From Eledone cirrhosa (Eukaryota): a DNA stretch of 64,000 bases. Both the position numbers and the translations under genes were made by a program. Numbering within the stretch: position 1 is the stretch's first letter; each line of letters starts with the position of its first letter. This document shows positions 1-13,076 of this stretch, in pieces. The notes beneath the pieces were generated by a model that saw nothing but the letters and a program-made list of their open reading frames with translations, searched no databases and was not told where the DNA came from. The stretch is from the NCBI GenBank assembly GCA_964016885.1, contig CAXHJY010001162.1:34729-98728 (forward strand). Reading direction: 5' to 3'.

Positions 1-965
1 TGGAGATTGGAATGGCTTCAGGCGCTCACAGTCCTCGACCAATCGGACAGTACGATCGGGTGAGACTCCACCTTGGCGTTCTATGGAAGTTTAATGAAGA
101 GTAAAATGACGATGTTCTTGGGGAGATCCTGGGCGTTGACGAACATCAACAAGCCACTTTCGGTCCAAGGCCCATGTCCAATTTCCAGAAACCCGTAGCC
201 TAGCAGTGCTACCGGGGAGTATTGTCGGTTCGAGATAGACTCTACAGGCATGGAAATGCCGTCAGCCAGGGCTGTCCGAAATGCACAAAGGGTGACGAAA
301 CCGTGCTGCAGCACGCACTCGTTGAGTGTCCATGCCTTTGTTGACTTGTAGATTTATATCGAACACTTGTTGTCGTGTTTAGGACGGATCCGGCTATCAG
401 CTAAGTCCATCGTGAAGATTTCCCCACCGCCTTCCTTTAGTCGGGAAGGGCAGGAAGTTTTTATCTGCCTGGTGGCCATGGCTAAAGAGGGCATGTGGTG
501 GACACGTTTGAAAAGGCTGGAGATGAGCACTTACCTATTCGGCGAAGCCCTGATTAACCTTTTCAAATTTCAGATGAAAAGGAAAATCAGGGTAGAGAGG
601 GAAATGCTCTCTTCCCAGCAATTTGTTGAAATATGGATGAGAGAGGTGAGCATGGCTCAAGTGATTGGGCCTGCTCTGAGTATGAACCTGTAAATTGCAA
701 GTGGAAAACTGGGAGAGGGCACTTGCCCTGGTGGTCAGGGTCACTATGGGTTTTCTGGGCTTTCTCCACGTGTTACCCTCGGAATTCCCCCCCCCCCCTA
801 TTGGATCATTTTCCTTTGTTTCAATTTTTTTGTTACATCCTTTGTTCCTTTTTGTTTTTATACACGCCCAAACCCATATTTGTACCGTCCGGCACCGCCC
901 TGTACCGTCCTGTGCTATTCTTAATGTATTTCTTTGTAAACCATTTTGTGGTTAATAAAGAAAAC
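1..965 (+). mobile_element. 3' end of a degenerate L1/Tx1-clade LINE (ORF2 C-terminus with zf-RVT CCHC motif, 3' UTR)
   Basis: The + frame near 185-335 reads YRGVLSVRDRLYRHGNAVSQGCPKCTKGDETVLQHALVECP (C-x2-C...ET-x-x-x-H...C). ORF 367-693 continues with a Tx1-like tail (AKEGMWWTR...QQFVEIW). In-frame stops are present. AATAAA at ~954 is followed by (ATT)n. Confidence 0.8.
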
Positions 966-981
966 ATTATTATTATTATTA

Positions 982-1170
982 AGGGCGGTGGATTGGCAGT
1001 ATTGGTAGAGGGTCGGACGCTATGCTTTGATGTATAGAGTTACGGTCCTTGCCATTCTGAGTTCAAATCCCGCCGAGGATAACTTTGCTTTTCATCCTTA
1101 CAGGGTCGATAAAATAAAGTACCAGTAATGCATTGGGTTTTGCTGGCCTTGTGCCAAACGTAGAAACAAT
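982..1170 (+). mobile_element. tRNA-derived SINE, family A
   Basis: A-box-like TGGCAGTATTGGTAGAG, B-box GAGTTCAAATCCC, central TTTCATCCTTAC.GGGTCGATAAAATAAAGTACCAGT, and an (ATT)n tail. Many near-identical copies occur in the window. Confidence 0.9.
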
Positions 1171-2999
1171 TATTATTATTATTATCAAAGTGAACGCACG
1201 GGACTGTCAGATCCTCCACGAAAGAGTAATTTCTACTAGGATTACTTTGCAGCGAGTATGGGTTTCCATATTTTGCTTGACTGCTATTTTCCTACTACCG
1301 TATACATATATTTCTGACAGTGTACTTATACACAATTTTAGGTTCCCATTTACCAAACTCACAGGCAATAAAATCGGCTAACTAGATTTTCGATTTTTCG
1401 AGCCTTAACTAACGTAGCAGAGTCCACTATACTAGCTATGTCACGTGATCTGAAAATGATATATTGTTGGCTAAACTTAACTATATTTTGGAACTAATAA
1501 AAACACTCAACATTTAAGGTTTCTTTATAGCCCTTTCTACATTCAGAAAATGTATATAAATTAAACGAAATGGTAAATACATTGGAACATCCAACTCATC
1601 TAAACGCTTCCACGTCGGATCTTCCTAAATGAAGATGAGTTACATAACATCTCCAACTGCAAAGACTAACCCCCACCTCAACGTGGTGCAGTTGCTGGAA
1701 ACGCTGAGTCACCTTCCCAGTAGGCCAACGAGGGCTCTGGTGAAGATGGTAGGGCAAATCACCCGCCATTGGATTTCTACTGATTACGGAAAAAAACAAA
1801 AACAAAAAAACATATCATCTTCACATTACGTACACGAATGTAAGCAGGCCTTATAAGCATTCACACATGGGAACTTCACTATCAGATATAACTCAACTTA
1901 TGACTATGAACTCTATAGTATTAATATATTGCTAATGAAATCATTCTCTTTCTCTTATGAACATTTCTACATTTCTTTTGATGTTTTCCTAATATTCAGT
2001 CACATAAGCTTGTATTCTTTGATTATTAACAAATGTGTTAAAGGTAATTCTGCCTTCTTTATTAAAAACTTGATGTTAAATCACTTGAGTTAATTGTTGT
2101 AGTAACATAGTTAAAGTAGTGATTATCGAAAATAACTTCCATTGAAATATCTACTGAAATGGTAGCCCAGATTTCGAATCTAATGAAAATATATTATATT
2201 TTTCCAAACGATCAAATGTTTGGGAAATTATAAACACTCCATAACCAGGAAAGCAAAAAAAAAGAAGAAAAAATGGTTATTCTTCGACATTTATTTTGTA
2301 CATATTTTTTTTTTTAATATCCATTTTCCTTGGTTTAATAGCAGTACAATATGACTACCTTTGTAATAGCGAGAGCAAACGTTAACCACAACGTTTGTAT
2401 TAGTGAATATATCCTCCATCAAAAATAGTTTGTAGATACAGAGAGGTTTTAAAAATGGTGATTAAAGAGACACATTTATAAGAAGAAATAATCTCGATTT
2501 AAAAAAAAAAAAAATCATAAATTGTTGTCATATTTACAAAAATGATACGCGATGGGGCCCACCCACAGCCCCGGCGGACAGAATGGAGAAAGCGTTTCCT
2601 CGGAGGACGGCAAGGGAGACGCGCTGGAAAAGCCACTCCAACTCGCGGGGCTCACACCTGTGGATGGCCAGCTCAGCACCTATGGTGGTGAGTAAGTAGG
2701 TAGCCCTTAAAAAAAAAAAAATCGAGATAATAAATCTTCAGTAAGTCAAAAGAAGAAATAATTATAATTTGAGAATTACCAAAGAAATAAGTCAAAATTC
2801 AAATTCAAATATCAACCCCCACCAACACCAGTAACTCAATTGCTAGTTTTTTCTGAACCAAAAAAGAGATACTAGAAGTCATAATAAACGGAGTAGAGGA
2901 TGTATGTCACAAAAGAGAGTGCGTTATTGCCAGATAAATTTAAGCAGACAAGAAAACTAACATACAACTTTTTAAACAGTTTATATCTTCATATTCCCT

Positions 3000-3310
3000 T
3001 GAAAGATTCCTGACGGGTGTGTAGTAGGATGCAGCCTCCCTCGAAATAAACAGTGTATATGGAAGCGGATGCTTATTATTCAAAATTGAGGTTAAGCTCC
3101 GATACTATGGACATGCGGTTCGAATGTCTCAGGAAAGAATAGCTGGACAGATTTTACAGGTGAAACCAATCGACAAGAGACCCAAGGGTAGACTCCGAGC
3201 AAGATAGTTGGATAACATCCATGAGCTTGGCTGATTTCGCTTGGAGACCCAGCCAACGGTTGCTTCTGACAGGACTCGCTGGAATAAATGGGCGAAGAGG
3301 GAGAGAAGAA
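3000..3310 (+). mobile_element. RTE-clade LINE 3' fragment
   Basis: Reads KLRYYGHAVRMSQERIAGQILQVKPIDKRPKGRLRAR*LDNIHELG, the LRWxGHVxRM...RPRGRP RTE C-terminal motif. It is related to the 3' end of the RTE at 20232-20500. Confidence 0.75.
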
Positions 3311-3738
3311 AAAGAGGTTTAGGTGACAGGCAAGGTTCGTGTGATACACGTTCGGGCACAGGATGGTGTCTCAATACATGAAAACGAAAAATACGAAGGC
3401 TATAACTAGTACGACTGACACAGAGTTTAATGCATTTAGTCACATTTGCACATCAACATGGACAGGTCGTTAGAGTGGAGTTGACCTGCAACAACATATT
3501 TTGGGTAATGTCTACATATACATCCAGGTCCTGATGACCGACAAAACGACTTGGCTATTACGGAGGTAGACTGGCTATTACGGAGGTAGATTGTGGAAGT
3601 GATGAGGAAGTCTATCAGACTGGTGAAGTAGAGCAGAAAGGGTCAGTTGCTACATGTACGTGAGTACGAGCTTGGGGGATTTCTGCTCAATGTAGAAAAT
3701 AGGAGTGAAACTTCAGACAGAAGCAGCGTCAGACAGAA

Positions 3739-3740
<2 letters not shown>

Positions 3741-3825
<85 letters not shown>

Positions 3826-4075
3826 GTGTGTGTGTGTGTGTGTGTGTGAAAGAGAGAGTGTGTGAGAGAGAGAAATTGATGAGTGTGTATGTATGTGTGT
3901 GTGAGTGAGTGTGTGTGAGATAGATAGAGAGAGTGTGTATAGTGTGAGTGTGTGAGAGAGGGAAAATGTGAATGAGTGTTTGTGTGTTTGTGTGAGTCTG
4001 TGTATGTGAGTGTGTGTGTGTGAGTGAGTGTGTGCACCTGTGTGTGTGTGTGTGAGAGAGAGAAAAAGAGAGAGA
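3741..4075. repeat. (GA)n / (GT)n compound microsatellite
   Basis: Directly visible. It generates spurious ER/CV/HT ORFs. Confidence 0.95.
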
Positions 4076-5082
4076 AACAGTGGCCCACATTATTACTATT
4101 GCTACTGTTCTATTTTTGGTAATAGCTTCGAGGATAGTAAAATTAAAATGGAATCGATTCATACTTAATGGCAATAATACCAGATAGCCGACGAGGTAAA
4201 GCCTCGAGAACGTCTTCTTTTCCAGCATAATACTGATAATACTGTTCAGAGGTACCGAACAGCAGTTTCTTTCCATTATCTCGCGGCGATGGGTGGGGGA
4301 TAGGAACTGGAGAGAAACAGGAAGCCGATAGGGATAGTATAAAAAGAAGGGACGAAAAAGGTGATCCTAGACAAATGCTAGCTACATGCTGAAGGTCCTT
4401 AGCCAGTTATTGCCTAACAGTCTGGGGTGCATGAATTTCCCAATTGTCCAAGTAAATGGGAGCCGAATGGAACTGCTAAATAATCTAAAAGAAAAAAATA
4501 TATTGAGTTTATATTGAGTATGAACAAAGCGAATGACAGACTGTTAGTGAAAACAACAGGAACAACCTATCTAAAGCCAAGAGAATAGAGGATCTGGGAA
4601 TCTCTATAGCTCAGCTAATGCCGGGAATAATCACGAGATATTTCAAGTATGCAGATGATGATCGGAGTAGAATGGTGTCGGAGTTGTGGAGCACTCTGGT
4701 CCTACCTAAGTGAAAATTCTCACCTCTATCTGACTGGACTTCTTTTTGTGTACTCATTTTTTATCTTGTTTAATATGTTACTTTACGTCTTTACCCCACA
4801 CGCCTTATATTAATTATACATATGCTACAGTTTAAACAGTAGAAAAAACTATCGATAATAACACTGAGAACAGTTTTAGTAAATCAGTTAGCAATGACAA
4901 CACTAACAGCAACATCCATATCACCATACTCTACAATAACAACAATATACCTTTGCCTTACGGGAGAAAGGAAATCTTTCTGTGTGCCACGAAAGGACCA
5001 ATTAAAGAAGCTCTACCGATCTCTCGACCGGTGTGCTGTTAATCGATCACTGCAAGGGAGTGAGTGGAAGGTTTCCTGGGCT

Positions 5083-5231
5083 GGGGATAGTGTGAGACAT
5101 TGGAACGTCGGATAAAATGCTTTGCGGTATTCGATCCGGCTCTCTGCTCCCTGAGTTCAAATACCGCTGGGGTCAACTTTGTCTTTCATCATTTCTAGGA
5201 CGATAAAAAAGGTACTAGTATAGTACTGGGG
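5083..5231 (+). mobile_element. Diverged SINE family A copy
   Basis: GAGTTCAAATACC B-box and GTCAACTTTGTCTTTCATC...GACGATAAAA core. Confidence 0.65.
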
Positions 5232-5573
5232 TACATTCTTCCTTTATATCTCTTTTCACTTCATTTCTCTCACTCTATCCTTCTTTGTGTTCAGATCTAG
5301 GGAAGAGATGGGCTCCGACAGGCCTAAAAATGCTCAAGCAATGCCGATTATCAATATGGCGTCCCCTACGACACCACCAGGAGTCACTGGCCCATACATT
5401 CATACATATTTATTCTGTAGTTTTCTTTAATTTATATCAAATGTTCTCTATGTTCGTTATTTTATGACATTACCCCTACCCTCTCTTTTTTTTATACGAC
5501 TTGGTCTTGTAACTCCTGTTTATGATTTTATTGTACGTATGAAAGAGGTGTTGGTGACAAATACAGAAATCGA

Positions 5574-5628
<55 letters not shown>

Positions 5629-5668
5629 GTTGTTGTTGCTGCTGCTGATGCTGCTGCTGTTATTATTA

Positions 5669-5886
5669 AGGAGGCAGTGGACTGACAGGATCGTTAGAGC
5701 GTCGGAGAAAATGCTTTGTGGTATTTAATTACCGCTCTTTGCGTTCTGAGTTTAAATCCTGCCAAGGTCAACTTTGCACTTCATCCTTCATGTGTCGACA
5801 ACTATAGTCTCAGTAAAGCACTGGAGTTCATATAATCAACTTCCCCTCCTCACAAATTGCTGGTCTTCTGCCTAAATTAGAAATCA
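5669..5886 (+). mobile_element. Older SINE family A copy (longer 3' subfamily)
   Basis: GAGTTTAAATCC B-box, GGTCAACTTTGCACTTTCATCC-like core, (ATT)n tail. Confidence 0.75.
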
Positions 5887-5936
5887 TTATTATTATTGAG
5901 GGTGGTGGAAATCATTATTATTATAAGGGGGGGGGG

Positions 5937-6120
5937 GGGATTGGCAGTATCGGTAGAGGGTCGGACGCCATGCTTTAACGCATAGAATTACGGCCCTTGC
6001 CATTCTGAGTTCAAATCCCGCCGAGGTTAACTTTGCCTTTCATCCTTACGGGGTCGATAAAATAAAGTACCAGTAATGCACTGGGTAATCGCTGGCCTTG
6101 TGCCAAAAGCAGAAACAATT
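5937..6120 (+). mobile_element. SINE family A, young copy
   Basis: Near-identical to the 982 and 13381 copies. It lies just after the tail of the preceding SINE. Confidence 0.9.
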
Positions 6121-6239
6121 ATTATTATTATTATTATTGCTTTTGAAAAATAAAATGTTTACATCTTGTCGGTAAGTATTGCAATTATTATTGAAAGTTT
6201 TCTGTTTTAGGGATTTGTTATTATTGATTTTTGTGTTCT

Positions 6240-7160
6240 CTTTTGTTGCTGAATCGATCAGAACCCTAAAGGTTTGGTCGATTTCTTTTGTATCTTGCCC
6301 CTGAGGGCTGAAATTTGAAATTAATTGTATTTTTGTTTTTAAAAGAAATTGATTAAAAACATGGCGTCATTTTACATATCAACTAGCAAGAGAGACGCAG
6401 TGGCAGGTGATTTAAAGAGCAACATTTCTCTCATCACTCCAAGCTTCCCCTTCACAAACATGGGTTCTCCCTCACTAACAACCAGCAATGATACTATCTC
6501 CCGTTGTAACTAGCATCACCACCATCATCACCATTAACAACAATGAAAGGTGTATGGCTGTTATTCCAACCGGCATCTACGCTATCACAGAGGAAGTAAA
6601 CACATTCCCATCACAATTGCACCCACGCTAAATTGGATTGCAAATGCTTCAAAAGACAAACGAGAATTCCCCAAACGACCCACTAGCTGCATCGTGGCGC
6701 GAGACATGTTCGCGTTCTAAGATGTAGAACGAAATCAGAGGCGTTCCATAACCTACGAATGCCTTATTAGGAAAACGAAAAAGGTTGACAACTTTAGCCC
6801 CGTTGAGTAGAATTATCCCCAGAGAAAGCATGGAGCCACAATTGGCACGTTAATAAGGTAAAGAAATTCGACGAAGGCTCAAAGACTCTTCATGATAGCA
6901 TGTGCATAAGAGGATTATCGCCTTCTGTCATCCTATATGGGGCGACATGTCACAATATATATCTTACCCCATATTGACACCCAGTACATAGAGATGCTCC
7001 TGGAGGATTATAGAAAAATATCGGAGATAAAATCAACCATACTGAAGAACTGGGGAGAAGTCTGTTTGGAGCTGTAAATGTTTTTTGTCCTTTAGGCTTC
7101 TTAAGGTTCCTGGACCGCATTCAGTCAACAAGTTTAACAAGTGGATACTCAATGAGAATT
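6240..7160 (+). pseudogene. Possible decayed non-LTR retrotransposon 5' UTR/ORF1 region
   Basis: Coding-like composition after ATG at 6361 with many stops, and a possible zinc-knuckle remnant near 7060-7125. There is no unambiguous motif. Confidence 0.25.
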
Positions 7161-8778
7161 TTGGTGGAGAGCAGAAAACAAGATGCTACTTGTGTGGTAG
7201 CACCGAAAATCAGAGAGATTCCCGTCTTTAAGCACGAGGTTTAAATCCTTCTTGTTGCAAGCACCACAACCACAACAACGCCAAAAGTAGAAAAGTATAG
7301 AGAAAAGCAAAGGCGTCGTTCGCGGTCGCATATAAATTATTCGAATACAAAGAGTTTAATGCTGTTCGGAAGAGATTTATTGAATGTTTCTGAAAGCCCA
7401 CTCAATGACAACAACATCTACATTAATACTAACATTAACATTCACAGAGACACAAATATCGTCAAGCAAGAAGTCTTGTAACCTCTAACATTCAACAAAT
7501 GAATATGGAGAGTTCACAGTTAAAAATGGATCAGTGGTAGTATTTTATTGAAAAGGACAGAAACGGACAAGGAGGAAGATAATCTATCTTTGTCTCACAA
7601 AAAGGGATAATTATTTTCTGTGCCTTTAAAACAAGAATTAAGGGAAGGTCTGGCAGATATATTATATTATTTATAGAAAAGGATAACATCTATGGAACCG
7701 TCTTTCGGGACCGAGAACGAAGCTCAAAGACAAGCAAAGATAGTACGCGAAACACCCACTCATAAGCTTGTACCACAGTACATGTGACAGTGTAATACAA
7801 AGGTGACAGTCAGAGGCATAGCAAGAGACATTGACCTCTGGGTCATTGTCGCCTTTGTATATCAATATGAGGAGGTGTATAGTACTAAAGAATAACTAAT
7901 GACATACCTTCGGGCGGGGCAAGTATAGACTTGCATATCCTTATGAGCCATCAGCACCTTAGGGCCATTCCGGAGCTATGGTGACTAAGTCAAAGGCAGT
8001 AAGACTGATGGCACAGCACAGAAACTCCAGTTGTTATAGTTGTGGAATCAAAATCTATTTGAAGGCTTCCCTCCTCCCCAAGGAGATACGGAACGAAAGA
8101 ACGTACAGGCTCCAAAAGATACCGCTTTAGTTGTAACGTCAGCACTAAAACCGGTTGCAGCCCCGAGAATGGCCGTTAAATCTGTCTTGCACCTTGATTC
8201 CAGAAGCAAATGTAACTGAAGCAGTCCGGAGATGGCAGAGGCGGTCATCTCAGGGTCAATCCCAAAGATAGTCGTTACTGAATTTTCCCACCCTTCCCAG
8301 TAGTACCACTTCATTCACTTGTAAGGCTGGAGACCAAATGGAGCATGAAGGTGACTGGCAGACAATGAAAATAGTAAAAAAAATAAAATAAATAGAAGAG
8401 AAAAGGCAACAGAAAACCAACTATTTTGGAAAGTTCTTAAGAAACAGGTGAAGCACCGACAACTGTATAGATACAAGGTGGTCAGAACCTGCAACAATGC
8501 TTTGCTATGTCTACTAAATGATTGATAAGAGACAAATCCACCTAATATGTAGATGTGGCGAGAGTTGGGGACTCGATATCTAGAGCGCCCTGAAGACAGA
8601 CTTCTAGTTTTAATGACGAAACAATATAGGAAAGAATCAAATATTTTTAATCAGAGGATGAACTCACAGAAGAACTGCTTACGGGGGATTTTGGTGATCT
8701 CTGGAAAGTGTATAATGTGTGGTAAGTGAGCTCTAATAAAACCTAACTAATGGGTTTGATCCATGTATGTGTGTATAG

Positions 8779-8982
8779 CAGACCTGCCAACCCTAAAAAC
8801 CCAAACGGTGAATACCATGAAAAAAAGTGCCCCCAAACAAGGCAAAATGGGAGATTTTACACAATGAAAGCTATACCCATTTTCACAAGAGAAGACATCT
8901 CTCACCCATCCCAAAGTGTGTGCGGGGTGATGGTGATGGAGGAGGAGATCTCCCCGTCGGACGGGGAGAGTTGATAGGGCTG
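8779..8982. mobile_element. Putative hAT-type MITE
   Basis: Imperfect TIRs CAGACCTGCCAAC ... GTTGATAGGGCTG and a subterminal hairpin CTCCCCGTCGGACGGGGAG. The flanking 8-mers match only 4/8. Confidence 0.45.
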
Positions 8983-9093
8983 GTGTGGGATGTAGCCCTA
9001 AATGTTTTATATGATTTATGGTATATCATGTTTTAGTGATTATGTTTTATAATATTTGTATACTTATTTCAAGGTAGAGAAAATTGAATAATA

Positions 9094-9186
9094 GTTGTTT
9101 CTACTTTTGGCACAAGGCCAGCAAATCCCAGTACATTACTGGTACTTTATTTTATCGACCCCGTAAGGATGAAAGGCAAAGTTAAC
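9094..9186 (-). mobile_element. SINE family A 3' half, minus strand
   Basis: Reverse complement of the family A core and tail (TTTATCGACCCCGTAAGGATGAAAGGCAAAG). Confidence 0.85.
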
Positions 9187-9195
9187 ATAATAGTG

Positions 9196-9348
9196 AAGGC
9201 GAATTGGCAAAGTCGTGAGAACGTTTAATAGAATGATTCGCGGTACTAGTTCTGGCTTTCTGCACACTGAGAGCAAATCCCTCGGAGGTCAACTTTGCTT
9301 TTCATCCTACCGAGGTCGATAAATGTAATACCAGTCTAGTACTGGAGT
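9196..9348 (+). mobile_element. Older SINE family A copy
   Basis: TTGGCAAAGTCGTGAGA head and GGTCAACTTTGCTTTTCATCC...GGTCGATAAA core. Confidence 0.75.
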
Positions 9349-9623
9349 TGTTTTTCCTCCTCTATATCTCTTTTTCATTTCTTCTATCCCTCGTCGTCTC
9401 TTTCTCAGGAAGAACCCGGCTGTGTTCAAACTAGGAGAAGGATCGGCTTCACCAAGTTTAAATGTCCATGACACGCCGTATGTCACTACGGTGCCCCTAC
9501 GACATCATCAGTTGTTATGGGCAGAAAAGGAAAATAAAAACTTCTTTTATGTTTTTTCAAATTTTAACCAGTGTATGTGTGCGCATGTGTATTGTATTTG
9601 AATGTGTCTATGCTTATATATGT

Positions 9624-9886
9624 GAAGGCGCATGGCTTAGTGGTTAGAGCAGTAGGCTTGCAATCGAAAGGTTGTGAGTTCAATTCTCGGACCGGGTGAT
9701 GTGTTGTTTCCTTGAGCAAGACACTTTATTTCACGTTGCTCCAGTTTACTCAGCTGAAAATGAGTACCAGCAATAGCTGGAGGTTTAACCCTGCGATGGA
9801 CTGGCGTCCTGTCCAGGGGGAGTCTTGTACTCTCAGTCGCTTCAAGCCGGTCAAATGAGCCTTCTGGCTTAAGACAGACTTTAAAC
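9624..9886 (+). mobile_element. tRNA-derived SINE family B (CORE-like central region)
   Basis: A-box TGGCTTAGTGGTTAGAG, B-box GAGTTCAATTC, and CCTTGAGCAAGACACTTTA CORE-like motif. Related copies lie at ~13075, ~41770 and 46990-47233 (-). Confidence 0.8.
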
Positions 9887-10012
9887 TTTTATGCCTATAT
9901 ATAGATTTCACTAAAACGTGTGTTAAAATTGTATGTTTATAAAAAAAACGTACACCTTTACATATTCATTTCAAACCGAGCAAAATATACGTAGGTAAGT
10001 GTTTGTGTCTTG

Positions 10013-10043
<31 letters not shown>

Positions 10044-10935
10044 GTATTATATTAATGTCCCTTCGTTTTTATACAACTTTGTTTTGATGAGTCATGACGT
10101 TTATTGTATTCTATATACGAGTCCTTGTGGATAATAAATTTACCGAATCATTATTGTTGTTGTTATTCTTGTCGTCGTCGTTGTCGTTCCCTTAGCTTTC
10201 TTGCGTGTTTTTACCGTACAATAGAGTGCAGTTTTTTTGTATCTTGAGTACGTGCAGGATTGCTTTGTTTTGCTTTCTTTTCTATTGTATTGAAAATACT
10301 CTATATAATAAGTGAGCAGAACTTACTAGTGCTATATATTATCTAAGTCATCGACTTGTCGTATATATATGCCTACATTGTTTGTTTTTTTTATAATTCC
10401 CAGAGCACATATTATTTATTATATAGGATTGTTTGTTTTTGATCTATATGTTCTCTACATCTGGTTTCCAAGTCTCTTTTTTAAAAATATTTTTTTCATT
10501 TCTGTCCGGAATAGATAGAAGGGCCAATAGATAGAATGAGCAAGGTGAAGACCAATAGAAACATAGTTTCTTTGGATTGATATGACGAACAGCTTTTATC
10601 TTTTCTTTCCCTTTCCTGGCAATAGTGTCGAAAGGATTGGTATACCATATATACTAGGATTAGTGGATGTATGAGAAATCATATAAATTAGCAAATTTGC
10701 GTTTTGACAAATTAATAGTTTATATAAAAGAAATCCTACAGTTTATGTTGATGACTGACCCGCGGAAGCGATTGAAGATAAGAATATTTTAGTCATTTAT
10801 TTCTAGGAAATAATTCCATAAATGTTCAGCGCGTGCACACACACACATACACATATATACGTCGAACTCTCCTCCTTTCCATATAAAGCGTGAAACTAAT
10901 AAGACTTTTTGTACCTCTATTTTGTCGTTTTCTCG

Positions 10936-10967
<32 letters not shown>

Positions 10968-10970
<3 letters not shown>

Positions 10971-11100
10971 GAAAAATTTGAACAGGGACAGAACAGAGAG
11001 GCAGTACAATAAATGTTTATTAAATTCACGCTCAGGAGAGTGGGGGGTAGATGGGGGACGACGTTTCGGGCATAAGCCCTTCCTCAGGTGAGAAGTGTGT
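10968..11100 (-). mobile_element. Penelope-like terminal repeat fragment with partial hammerhead
   Basis: Minus strand reads CTGAGGA-A-GGGC-TTAT-GCCC-GAAACGTC, with weak stem I. It is (TA)n-flanked, and its first 75 nt recur at 38602-38682. Confidence 0.6.
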
Positions 11101-11243
11101 TGGAACAGAGTTCAAAAGGTGTGTAGGGGAGTGGTGGAGAGACATATAGCGAAAGGAAACGGTCAAATGTGTATGGCCGGAGAACGTTGACTTAATACCA
11201 GCGATCTTCGTTACTTTTATATTTCACACACACACACACACAC

Positions 11244-11305
<62 letters not shown>

Positions 11306-12033
11306 GGAGTAAAAGACGATTATTAGGAAGAAAACAATTTTTTTTCCCTTTCTTTCTCTTTTTTCTGGGTTAGAAAATGTTTAAAACAAAATATTTTACT
11401 TTGTGTGAAGTGTTAAGGTATTAGCAATTCATTTATTAATTAACAATGGCATTTATTTATTTATATATTTAATAATTGTCTATTACCGGTTTCAGCATTT
11501 TATGCATTATCAAAGGAGGGAATTTGTATTGGTATAACATTTTGGAGAGAAGATAAGGTAATGTTGAACATGTTAGGGAAATGGGAAAGAAAGAATAATA
11601 TTATTTACAAACAAGGTTTTTGAAGTAAAAAGAAAAAAGAAAAAAGGGGGTAATGTGGAACATGATAAGGTAATGGGAAAGAATGAATAATATTATTTAC
11701 AGGCATAGTTCTTGAGGATAAGCAGTTCAAAAAGTGTTATTATGGCAAGAGCGCTTGGTTGGTCCATGATGGAGGCAAATAGTAGTCTGGGGTTGGATAT
11801 CTTTTCCCTTTTTAGAGAGTTAATATGCAGGGGGAGGTAATTCAGGGTGCTCGAGTAGAGGAGAGAGAGATGAGAGGGGTAATTCATTTATATAAGAAAA
11901 GGGATTAGGTAGGGTGTAACGGAGGTAACACTTTAGGGAACATAGGAATTGGGGCTTTGGTTCATTGTTCGTTCCAGTTATAGTTTAGTCCGAAGTTTAG
12001 TCCATTAAGTAGTTTGTTATTTGTTAATGAAGT

Positions 12034-12178
12034 TAGGGCGGTGGATTGGCAGTATCGGTAGAGGGTCGGACGCCATGCTTTCCAGCATAGTTACGTCCCT
12101 TTACGATCTGAGTTCAAATCCCGCCGAGGTTGACTTTGCCTTTCATCCTTACGGGATCGATAAAATAAAAGTATTAGT
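12034..12178 (+). mobile_element. SINE family A, 3'-truncated
   Basis: Same head and core as the other copies. Confidence 0.88.
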
Positions 12179-12306
12179 AATAGTACCAAAAATAGGGAGA
12201 CATGATATGAAGGTTAAAACACACTTGTGAATAGTGCAGTTTTAAATCAACATAAATCAAACTGCACTATTCACAAGTGTGTTTTAACCTTCATATCATG
12301 TCCCCC

Positions 12307-12377
12307 TATTCTATCTGATGAAAACGCAAATGTTATTGCATGATGATATTTGTTTTTGAAATGCGCATAATAAAATA
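12307..12377 (+). ncRNA. Minimal type I hammerhead ribozyme (PLE-associated)
   Basis: Stem I TATTCTAT/ATAAAATA (1 mismatch); CTGATGA at 12315; ~16-bp stem II; GAAA-T-GCGC-A-TA. Predicted cleavage after 12369. Confidence 0.8.
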
Positions 12378-12503
12378 CATGGAACTCTTTTAACCATCTT
12401 TTGATCTTATATATTATTATTTATACTCCAGTCCTACAAACTGTAGAGTGCTACTTATCCGATATCTGCATTGCTTTATTATACTACAATAAAAATCACC
12501 TCC

Positions 12504-12542
<39 letters not shown>

Positions 12543-12919
12543 GTGTGTATATATATATATATATATACATACAAATAACATACAAGATTAAATATACGAG
12601 TGACTTTGGAGAAATGACTATTCATAGAGACAAATGTAGGGTTAGAACTTGTGATTGGAAAGCGAACGTCCTATTGTAGTGATATAACTAAGATAGAACA
12701 TGCATTGTGCGTATGTATATGTATGTATGCAACTAAGACCATCAATTGCGCTTACCTGTAGTTAAATACATACAGAGAACCATAGCCATCCACGAAACCA
12801 CTCGATTTCAGACACCATACCATACAATGTTTTTCCAATTGGACCCCTATCTTGCATTAAACAAACTGCTAATGTATGTGCAAACTTTAAAGAGCTACAC
12901 ACACACACACAGATAGGTA

Positions 12920-12925
12920 GAGAGA

Positions 12926-13005
<80 letters not shown>

Positions 13006-13007
13006 TG

Positions 13008-13070
<63 letters not shown>
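12920..13070. repeat. (GA)n microsatellite
   Basis: Directly visible. Confidence 0.95.

Positions 13071-13074
<4 letters not shown>

Positions 13075-13076
<2 letters not shown>

Noticed and set aside
982-1170. tRNA genes
   Set aside because: The A/B boxes belong to SINE heads, and no complete cloverleaf is present.
1596-1856. Short overlapping ORFs as a possible exon
   Set aside because: No recognisable homology or consistent splice pair.
4100-4720. Possible retroelement RT fragments
   Set aside because: Only faint motif resemblance, too decayed to call by eye.
10500-10775. Promoter (two CCAAT boxes, CGGAAG)
   Set aside because: Short motifs only, with no linked exon or TSS evidence.
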